A stretch of 31,246 bases of DNA from an uncultured Candidatus Saccharibacteria bacterium (lineage in GTDB: Bacteria; Patescibacteriota; Minisyncoccia; Portnoybacterales; UBA2143): the NCBI GenBank assembly GCA_964621945.1, contig CAZUOI010000001.1, positions 1-31,246 on the forward strand, read 5' to 3'. Position numbers and translations under genes: made by a program. Positions 1 through 7,037 of the stretch are shown one piece after another. Under the pieces are notes generated by a model, which saw nothing but the letters and a program-made list of their open reading frames with translations, searched no databases and was not told the origin of the DNA. The first letter of the stretch is position 1; every line of letters begins with the position of its first letter.

Positions 1-61
1 ACTCGAACCCTCGACTTCCGCCTTATGAAAGCGGCGCTCTGACCGACTGAGCTACCCCGGT
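1..61 (-). tRNA. tRNA with CAU anticodon (elongator Met or Ile2); 3' end lies outside the window
   Basis: Reverse complement reads ACCGGGG-TA-GCTC-AGTCGGTCA-GAGC-G-CCGCT-TTCATAA-GGCGG-AAGTC-GAGGG-TTCGAGT: acceptor 5' strand, D arm, anticodon arm with CAT and start of the T arm. Confidence 0.9.
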
Positions 62-76
62 ATTATTTTATTTTTG

Positions 77-148
77 TTGCGGGGGCCGGATTCGAACCGG
101 CGACCTCAAGGTTATGGGCCTTGCGAGCTGCCGCTGCTCCACCCCGCA
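77..148 (-). tRNA. Initiator tRNA-fMet (CAU)
   Basis: TGCGGGG-TG-GAGC-AGCGGCA-GCTC-G-CAAGG-CCCATAA-CCTTG-AGGTC-GCCGG-TTCGAAT-CCGGC-CCCCGCA-A forms a full cloverleaf with the A11-U24, G2-C71 and C3-G70 initiator signature. CCA is not encoded. Confidence 0.93.
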
Positions 149-153
149 ATGCC

Positions 154-182
154 ATTATATTGTATAATTACGCAAATGACAA
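154..182 (-). promoter_or_regulatory. Sigma70-type promoter for the tRNA pair
   Basis: On the minus strand: TTGTCA (182-177), 17 nt, TATAAT (159-154), ending 5 nt before the tRNA-fMet 5' end. Confidence 0.8.
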
Positions 183-186
183 GTCC

Positions 187-215
187 TTGCTTTGATAGTC
201 GCAATATAGTAAAAT
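187..215 (+). promoter_or_regulatory. Sigma70-type promoter for the 233-pheT-gyrB unit, back-to-back with the tRNA promoter
   Basis: TTGCTT (187-192), 17 nt, TAAAAT (210-215). Confidence 0.6.
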
Positions 216-232
216 ATAAGTAAGAAAAGGAT

Positions 233-619
233 ATGAACTTATTAACTTACTTAGTAGGATTGGTTTTAGTTAGTATTGTAGCCGGCGCCTGCTTAACGGC
301 TATTTTAATTTATTTCAACCCATTCACTTCAGGATTGTTAGTATTCATATTATTTTATCTAAGCCTATTTATCGCTTCTACTTCAGTTTTTACATTAATC
401 GGCTGGATTATCAGGATAATTTCTAAAAAAAGAAAATTTCCTTTGCCAAAGAAAGAAGCTATTTATAGATTTGAGGTTTCTTTTCGGCAAGGAATGTTTC
501 TATCAGCAATTTTAATTGCTTCATTAATATTACAAGGTCAAAAAGTTTTATCATGGTGGAATTTATTAATTTTAATGGCCGTCGTAGGATTATCTGAATG
601 GTGGCTTTCTAGAAGATAA
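233..619 (+). CDS. Hypothetical multi-pass membrane protein (128 aa)
   Basis: About four hydrophobic segments with a basic loop (KKRKFP) and an SFRQG motif; no family recognised. Confidence 0.8.
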   Translation: MNLLTYLVGLVLVSIVAGACLTAILIYFNPFTSGLLVFILFYLSLFIASTSVFTLIGWIIRIISKKRKFPLPKKEAIYRFEVSFRQGMFLSAILIASLILQGQKVLSWWNLLILMAVVGLSEWWLSRR

Positions 620-632
620 TTTAAAATAGATT

Positions 633-2639
633 ATGAAAATATCATATAATTGGCTACAATCATTTTTTAGTAAAAAATTACCAATACCAGAGAAATTGGC
701 TGATTTATTAACGATGCATTCTTTTGAAACAGAAATAGTTGGGAAAGAGAATTCAGATTTTATTCTAGATATAGATGTTTTGCCTAATCGAGCTCATGAT
801 TGTTTAAGTCATAATGGCATTGCTAGAGAAATATCTGTATTGCTTGGATATCCTTTTAATTTGGTTGATTATGGGAAGAAAATAAAAGAAGATTCTAAAA
901 AATTAGCTAGTCAATTAGTTAAAGTAGAAGTTAAAGATAAAGAACTTTGTCCTCGTTATGTTGCTCGTGTTATAGATGATGTTAAAATAGGTCCATCGCC
1001 TAGATGGATACAAGAAAAATTAAAAGCATGCGGTTTGCGTCCTATTAGCAATGTTGTTGATATAACTAATTATGTAATGTTAGAAACGGGTCAGCCCCTA
1101 CATGCCTTTGATCTTAACAAGCTTGCTTCAGGAAAAATTATTGTTCGCCGGGCTAAAAAAGGAGAAAAAATAATTACTTTAGATGACGAAAAATATGATT
1201 TAGATGAAAATATTTTAGTTATTGCTGATCAGAAAAATCCAGTTTGTGTTGCCGGAATCAAAGGAGGTAGAGGCCCTGAAATTGATGCTCAAACAAAAAG
1301 AATTGTTTTAGAAGCTGCTAATTTTAATCCGCAGATTGTTAGACAAGGCTCTAAGCAATTAAAATTAGAGACAGACGCTTCTTGGAGATTTGAACGTGAG
1401 ATAGATTCAAATTTAGCTGAAGAAGCAATTAATATGACTGCTTATCTAATTCAAGATATTGCCAAAGGAAAAGTTTTAAAAGGAATGGTTGATGTTTTTC
1501 CTAAAAAAGTTAATTCAAAAACAGTAAATTTAGATATTGAAAATGTTAATAGCTTATTAGGTATCAAAATCACCAAAAAAGAAGTAATTAATATTTTAAA
1601 AAAGTTAGATTTTCAAGTAAAAACTACAGGAAACAAATTAAATGTTTCTATTCCTACGCGTCGAATAGATATTTCTATTCCAGAGGACTTGATTGAGGAG
1701 ATAGGCAGAATCTATGGTTTTGAGAAAATAAAGAGTAAATTGCCAAAAGCGAGTTTAATGTCGCCAGTTAGGAACGAAAATTTGGTTTATCGGAATAAAA
1801 TAAAGCATATTTTTATTAATTCAGGATTTAGTGAAGTATATAATTATTCCTTTATTTCTAAAAAAGATTCTGTTGAAGTTGCTAATCCTGTTAGCCAGGA
1901 ACAAAAATATATGCGTTCAAATCTAACAGTCAATTTATTAAAAAATGTTGAAGAGAATAAAAAATATTTTAAAGAAGTAAGATTGTTTGAGATTGGAAAA
2001 GTTTTTTACAAAACAAAGAATAGTAAAAACAAAATAGAAGAAGTAAATAGATTGGGAGCAATTTTAAGTTTAGATGAAAAGAGTAATCAAACTCAAGAAT
2101 TTTATCGTCTTAAAGGTCTGATTGATTCTTTACTTAATAAGCTACAAATTAGTGATATTTGGTATGATGATGTTATAGAAAAAAATGATTTATCAATTCC
2201 TGATTTTTGTCAGATAAACAAAAGAGCTCAAATAAAAGTTGGCAACGATTATTTAGGATGGATTGCCAGTATTGATTCAGGAGTTGCTGCTTTTGAAATA
2301 GATTTTGATAAATTAGTTGAATTGGCTACTGAAGAAAGGATTTACTCTCCTCCTTCAAAATATCCTTCAGTCGTTAGAGATATCGCTCTTTTAGTAAATA
2401 GAGAAACAAAAATAGTTACGGTTATGAATTTAATTAATTCATCAGGAGGCGCTTTAATTACAGATATTGATTTATTTGATATATATGAAGGTGAGAATAT
2501 TCCTAATAGTAAAAAAAGTTTAGCTTTTCATATAATTTATCAGTCGAATGATCATACTTTAACAGATAAAGAAGTTAATAGTATTCATCAGAAAATTATG
2601 AAAGAATTAAGAGATGAAGGATGGGAAATAAGAGAATAA
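633..2639 (+). CDS. pheT: Phenylalanine--tRNA ligase beta subunit (short form)
   Basis: MKISYNWL start, PNRAHDCLS, SNVVDITNYVMLETGQPLHAFD, C-terminal FDX-ACB domain (PSVVRDIA...KKSLAFHI...TLTDKEV). Confidence 0.96.
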   Translation: MKISYNWLQSFFSKKLPIPEKLADLLTMHSFETEIVGKENSDFILDIDVLPNRAHDCLSHNGIAREISVLLGYPFNLVDYGKKIKEDSKKLASQLVKVEVKDKELCPRYVARVIDDVKIGPSPRWIQEKLKACGLRPISNVVDITNYVMLETGQPLHAFDLNKLASGKIIVRRAKKGEKIITLDDEKYDLDENILVIADQKNPVCVAGIKGGRGPEIDAQTKRIVLEAANFNPQIVRQGSKQLKLETDASWRFEREIDSNLAEEAINMTAYLIQDIAKGKVLKGMVDVFPKKVNSKTVNLDIENVNSLLGIKITKKEVINILKKLDFQVKTTGNKLNVSIPTRRIDISIPEDLIEEIGRIYGFEKIKSKLPKASLMSPVRNENLVYRNKIKHIFINSGFSEVYNYSFISKKDSVEVANPVSQEQKYMRSNLTVNLLKNVEENKKYFKEVRLFEIGKVFYKTKNSKNKIEEVNRLGAILSLDEKSNQTQEFYRLKGLIDSLLNKLQISDIWYDDVIEKNDLSIPDFCQINKRAQIKVGNDYLGWIASIDSGVAAFEIDFDKLVELATEERIYSPPSKYPSVVRDIALLVNRETKIVTVMNLINSSGGALITDIDLFDIYEGENIPNSKKSLAFHIIYQSNDHTLTDKEVNSIHQKIMKELRDEGWEIRE

Positions 2640-2641
2640 TA

Positions 2642-5071
2642 ATGACAAATATTAAAAAAGATAAAAAATCATCATATACAGCGAAGGATATTCATGTTCT
2701 AGAAGGCCTTGAACCAGTCAGGAAACGTCCCGGTATGTATATTGGTTCAACTGGCGTTGATGGATTGCATCATCTTATTTGGGAAGTGGTTGATAACGCT
2801 TTAGACGAAGCGATTGTCGGTTATTGTGATAAAATAGGAATTGTTTTATTACCTGATAATAAGATTCAAGTAACAGATAATGGACGTGGAATTCCTGTTG
2901 AAAAACATCCTCAAACAAAAAAATCAACTCTTGAAACAGTTATGTGTACTCTTCATGCTGGAGGGAAATTTGGTGGAGATTCATATAAGGTTTCTGGTGG
3001 ATTGCATGGGGTTGGTGTTTCTGTTGTTAACGCGCTTTCTAAATATCTTAAAGTTGAGGTTTGTCGTGATGGATTTAGATATATTCAGGAATATAATAAA
3101 GGTAAAGCAAAAGCAAATGTTAAAAAAAATGGGAAATGCAGACAGACTGGAACAGTTATTACTTTTGATCCAGATCCTGAAATTTTTAAAGAAATTAGAT
3201 ATAAATGGCCTAAAATAATAAAGCGTTTGCGTCAGCAAGCTTATTTAACAAAAGGAATTAAAATAATAATAGAAGATAAACGGAAAGAACCTTTTAAAGA
3301 TTATACTTTTTATTTCGAAGGCGGAATAGTTTCTTATGTAAAATATTTAAATAGAGATCAATCTGTTAAACATGAAAATATTTTTTATGTTTCAAAAGAA
3401 TTTCAAGATGTTTTAGTAGAAGTTGCTTTTCAATATACAGATGATATTCAAGGTTATGAAGAAAGTTTTGCTAATAATATTTGCACAGGAGAAGGCGGTA
3501 TGCACTTAACTGGTTTTAAAGCAGCTTTAACAAGAACATTTAATGATTATGCTCGTAAGAATAATTTCTTAAAGAGTTCTGATGAAAATTTAAGTGGCGA
3601 TGACGTTAGAGAAGGATTAACAGCTGTAATTAGTGTTAAATTAAAAGAGCCACAATTTGAAGGTCAGACAAAAGCGCGTTTAGGTAATCCTGAAGCTAGA
3701 ACAGCTGTTGAAGGAATTGTTTCTGATGGATTAGAAGAATTTCTTGAAAAACATCCTCAAGATGCTAGATCTATTATGGCAAAGAATATTTTAGCAGCTA
3801 AAGCGCGTCAGGCTGCTAAAGCTGCTAGAGAAACAGTTATTCGCAAAGGGGCTTTAGATGGATTAGCTTTGCCTGGCAAACTTTCAGATTGCTCCAGTCG
3901 TAATCCAGAAGAATCAGAGCTATATATTTTGGAAGGTGATAGCGCCGGCGGTTGTTTCTCAGGTGATACAAAAATTGCTCTAACTGACGGTCGCGATATA
4001 AGTTTTAAAGAATTAATTAAAGAAAATAAAAAAGGTAAAAAGAATTATTGTTATACCATTAAGAAAAATGGTTCTATTGGAATTGAACGAATTAGAAATA
4101 TAAGAAAAACTAAGAAAAATACTCAAGTAATCAAAGTAATCCTTGATAATGAAGAAGAAATAGTTTGTACACCAGATCATAAGTTTATGTTGAAAAATAG
4201 AAAGTATAAGGAAGCAAAAAATTTAACTACAAAAGATTCTTTAATGCCTTTGTATAGAAAATTATCTAAGAAAGAAAAAAGAATTACAATTTTTGAGAGA
4301 TTTTTCAAAGGAGATGAAAATGCTGTTTGCGAAGCTGTTAAAAAATATAATCATAAAATTAAAAAGATAATTAGGATTAGGAAAAAAATTGATGTGTATG
4401 ACTTAGAAGTGAAAGGAACCCATAATTTTGCTTTATCATCTGGTGTTTTTGTTCATAACAGCGCAAAAATGGGGCGAGATAGAAAAACTCAGGCTATTTT
4501 ACCTTTGCGTGGAAAGATTCTTAATGTTGAAAAAGCAAGATTGGATAGGGCTTTAAGTTCTAAAGAAATAAGGGCCCTAGTTGTTGCTTTGGGCACAGCT
4601 ATTGCTGAAGAATTTAATATTGAAAAACTTCGTTATCATCGAGTAATAATTATGACTGATGCTGATGTAGATGGTTCTCATATTAGAACTTTGCTTCTTA
4701 CCTTATTCTTCCGTTATTTCTTAGAAATTATTGAAAAGGGTTACCTATATATCGCTCAACCGCCGTTATATCGCATTCAAAAAGGTAAGCAGACAGAATA
4801 TGGTTACACAGAAGATGATAAGAAAAAAATATTATCTAAGATGGGTACTGATAAGGTGATTATACAGAGATATAAAGGATTAGGAGAAATGAATCCTGAG
4901 GAACTTTGGGAGACAACTATGGATCCAGCTAATCGAGTAATGAAACAAGTTCAAATTGAAGACGCCAAAGAAGCTGATAGAATTTTTGATGTCTTAATGG
5001 GAGATGATGTTGCACCAAGGAAAAAGTTTATTCAAACTCATGCTAAGAAAGCAAAGAACCTTGATATTTAA
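2642..5071 (+). CDS. gyrB: DNA gyrase subunit B precursor containing an intein; start more likely 2642 than 2621
   Basis: VLEGLEPVRKRPGMYIG, EVVDNALDE, GGLHGVGVSVVNALS, EGDSAGG, PLRGKILNV, DADVDGSHI, QRYKGLGEM. About 640 aa after intein removal. Confidence 0.97.
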   Translation: MTNIKKDKKSSYTAKDIHVLEGLEPVRKRPGMYIGSTGVDGLHHLIWEVVDNALDEAIVGYCDKIGIVLLPDNKIQVTDNGRGIPVEKHPQTKKSTLETVMCTLHAGGKFGGDSYKVSGGLHGVGVSVVNALSKYLKVEVCRDGFRYIQEYNKGKAKANVKKNGKCRQTGTVITFDPDPEIFKEIRYKWPKIIKRLRQQAYLTKGIKIIIEDKRKEPFKDYTFYFEGGIVSYVKYLNRDQSVKHENIFYVSKEFQDVLVEVAFQYTDDIQGYEESFANNICTGEGGMHLTGFKAALTRTFNDYARKNNFLKSSDENLSGDDVREGLTAVISVKLKEPQFEGQTKARLGNPEARTAVEGIVSDGLEEFLEKHPQDARSIMAKNILAAKARQAAKAARETVIRKGALDGLALPGKLSDCSSRNPEESELYILEGDSAGGCFSGDTKIALTDGRDISFKELIKENKKGKKNYCYTIKKNGSIGIERIRNIRKTKKNTQVIKVILDNEEEIVCTPDHKFMLKNRKYKEAKNLTTKDSLMPLYRKLSKKEKRITIFERFFKGDENAVCEAVKKYNHKIKKIIRIRKKIDVYDLEVKGTHNFALSSGVFVHNSAKMGRDRKTQAILPLRGKILNVEKARLDRALSSKEIRALVVALGTAIAEEFNIEKLRYHRVIIMTDADVDGSHIRTLLLTLFFRYFLEIIEKGYLYIAQPPLYRIQKGKQTEYGYTEDDKKKILSKMGTDKVIIQRYKGLGEMNPEELWETTMDPANRVMKQVQIEDAKEADRIFDVLMGDDVAPRKKFIQTHAKKAKNLDI
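3953..4459 (+). mobile_element. Mini-intein (169 aa, no homing endonuclease) in GyrB
   Basis: In-frame insert between EGDSAGG and SAK. Block A CFSGDT, block B CTPDHKF, block F VYDLEV..THNF, block G VFVHN followed by Ser+1. Confidence 0.96.
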
Positions 5072-5077
5072 AAATTA

Positions 5078-5106
5078 TTGACATACTCTTTATTAGAGTA
5101 TAAGAT
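5078..5106 (+). promoter_or_regulatory. Sigma70-type promoter of secE-nusG-rplK
   Basis: TTGACA (5078-5083), 17 nt, TAAGAT (5101-5106). Confidence 0.7.
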
Positions 5107-5163
5107 AAGGGCAAATAGATGCCCCGCAAGGGGTTTTTAAATCCCGCCGGGCGGGACAAGTTA

Positions 5164-5364
5164 ATGAAAATTACTCAATTGCCAAAAAAAGGAATAGATT
5201 TTCTTAGAGAGGTCCGCATAGAATTAAAGCGGGTTACTTGGCTTACGCGTAAAGATACAATCAAATATACAATTTTTGTTATTGGATTAAGTTTAGCTGT
5301 CGCCGCTTTTTTAGGAGGATTGGATTTCTTTTTAAATTGGATTTCTTTTTTAATTGGTTATTAG
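5164..5364 (+). CDS. secE: Preprotein translocase subunit SecE (66 aa; start at 5164)
   Basis: FLREVRIELKRVTW motif plus a single TM helix, directly upstream of nusG. Confidence 0.93.
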   Translation: MKITQLPKKGIDFLREVRIELKRVTWLTRKDTIKYTIFVIGLSLAVAAFLGGLDFFLNWISFLIGY

Positions 5365-5384
5365 ATGTATTTGTAATATAAATT

Positions 5385-5927
5385 ATGCCTAAACAAGTAG
5401 AACAAGGAAAAAATTGGTACGTTCTCCATACATATTCTGGATACGAAGAAGCTGTTGCAAGAAATTTAAAACAGCGTATTGAATCATTGGGGATGGAAGG
5501 TAAAATCTTTAATGTTTTAGTACCTACGGAAAAGAAGATTAAGATTAAAAATGGAAAGCGTCAGATAGTTGAAGAAAAAATTTATCCTGGCTATGTTTTA
5601 GTTGAAATGATTGTTACTGATGATTCTTGGTATGTTGTTCGTAATACGCCTAGAGTAACGGGATTTATTGGTGCTGGGACAGTCCCAACTCCTGTTTCTT
5701 CTGTAGAAATAAAGGGTCTTCAAAAGCGAATGGGTGTTGAAGAACCGAAGTATAAGATAGATGTGATTATCGGTGATGCTGTTAAAATTATTGATGGTCC
5801 ATTTAAAGATTATGATGGTAAGATTTCTGAAATAGATGAAAAAAGAGGTAAAATTAAAGTGTTAGTTTCAATGTTTGGCAGAGAAACTCCAGTTGAATTG
5901 GATTTCTTGCAAATTAAAAAAATATGA
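5385..5927 (+). CDS. nusG: Transcription termination/antitermination factor NusG
   Basis: [31 protein letters not shown] domain ending [12 protein letters not shown]. Confidence 0.98.
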   Translation: MPKQVEQGKNWYVLHTYSGYEEAVARNLKQRIESLGMEGKIFNVLVPTEKKIKIKNGKRQIVEEKIYPGYVLVEMIVTDDSWYVVRNTPRVTGFIGAGTVPTPVSSVEIKGLQKRMGVEEPKYKIDVIIGDAVKIIDGPFKDYDGKISEIDEKRGKIKVLVSMFGRETPVELDFLQIKKI

Positions 5928-6343
5928 AGCCAATAAAAACAATTATTAAATTACAAATTAAAGCAGGACAGGCAAATCCAGCGCCTCCAATTGGACCGGC
6001 TTTAGGTCAGCACGGTTTGAATATTCAAGATTTTTGTCTTAAATTTAATGAAGCAACTAAAGATATGGGAGGAGATATTATTCCTGCAGAAATTACTGTT
6101 TATGAAGACAGAACTTTTGAATTTAAATTAAAAACACCGCCGGCATCAGATTTATTAAAAAAAGCAGCCAGTGTTGAGAAAGGTTCTGGTCAGCCGAATA
6201 AGAAAAAAATAGGGAAAGTTACTAAACAACAAATCAAAGATATTGCTGAAAAGAAAATGGTTGATTTGAATGCATATAATCCTGAACAAGCAGAAAAGAT
6301 TGTAGAAGGAACAGCTCGTTCTATGGGAATTGAAGTTAAATAA
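5924..6343 (+). CDS. rplK: 50S ribosomal protein L11
   Basis: [35 protein letters not shown]. Confidence 0.98.
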   Translation: MKPIKTIIKLQIKAGQANPAPPIGPALGQHGLNIQDFCLKFNEATKDMGGDIIPAEITVYEDRTFEFKLKTPPASDLLKKAASVEKGSGQPNKKKIGKVTKQQIKDIAEKKMVDLNAYNPEQAEKIVEGTARSMGIEVK

Positions 6344-6364
6344 ATGGAATAGGCATATTTAAGG

Positions 6365-6391
6365 AGGGACAGGGAATAACCCTGTCCTTTT
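6365..6391 (+). terminator. Intrinsic terminator after rplK
   Basis: AGGGACAGGG-AATAA-CCCTGTCCTT stem followed by TT. Confidence 0.75.
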
Positions 6392-6427
6392 AAGTTCTTA
6401 AACAATTTTATAAGGGAGGTAATTATT

Positions 6428-7018
6428 ATGGGAAGACCAAGTTGGGATGAAATAGAGAATACATTAGCGCCTTTGTTTAGGCATAAAGAGCCGAGATGGG
6501 ACGAGGTTATTGCATCTTTAGTACCTTTTTTTAGCGGAAAAATACGTCCTGATTGGGATGGGTTCTTTATGGGAGTAGTAGAGTCTTTAAGGGTTAGGTC
6601 TTCGTGTGACAGAGGAAGAACAGCTGCGCTTCTTGTCAAAGATAATAGAATAATTGCTACTGGCTATGCTGGCTCTTTGCCTGGTTTTCCTCATTGTGAT
6701 GATGAGGGCCATCAAATGTGGAAAATAATAGATGATCAAGGCAATGAATCCAATCATTGTTTTAGAACTCTTCATGCTGAAGAAAATCTCATTATTCAAG
6801 CGGCTAAATTTGGAATTTCTGTAGCTGGCAGCACACTTGTTTGTATGATGACTCCTTGTCATCAGAGATGTGCTCCGTTGATTGTCGGAGCGGAAATTGT
6901 CCGAGTGGTTGCAAAAAGAAGATATCATGCTGATGGACCCTCAATAAAGATGTTCGAACAAGCTGGAATTCAATTGGATATTTTGGATGATGGAGTTGAA
7001 ACTTACGAAAATCAGTGA
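6428..7018 (+). CDS. dCMP deaminase / ComEB-like zinc-dependent deaminase with repeated N-terminus
   Basis: RPDWDGFFM, RSSCDRG, ATGYAGS, HC...HC..TLHAEEN, TPCHQRC; SD GGAGGT at 6415-6420. Confidence 0.88.
   Translation: MGRPSWDEIENTLAPLFRHKEPRWDEVIASLVPFFSGKIRPDWDGFFMGVVESLRVRSSCDRGRTAALLVKDNRIIATGYAGSLPGFPHCDDEGHQMWKIIDDQGNESNHCFRTLHAEENLIIQAAKFGISVAGSTLVCMMTPCHQRCAPLIVGAEIVRVVAKRRYHADGPSIKMFEQAGIQLDILDDGVETYENQ
6437..6565 (+). repeat. Intragenic tandem protein repeat (18-19 aa unit, two copies plus the native motif)
   Basis: PSWDEIENTLAPLF / PRWDEVIASLVPFF / PDWDGFF starting at 6437, 6491 and 6548. Confidence 0.7.
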
Positions 7019-7037
7019 AACACGAGGAGGTAATAAA

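Noticed and set aside
2880-3238. ORFs 2880..3218 (+) and 2981..3238 (-)
   Set aside because: Shadow frames inside gyrB with no recognisable motifs.
6428-7018. Calling the deaminase an AvcD/Dcd-type anti-phage dCTP deaminase
   Set aside because: Those proteins carry an N-terminal P-loop kinase-like domain, which is absent here, so any defence role is only a hypothesis.
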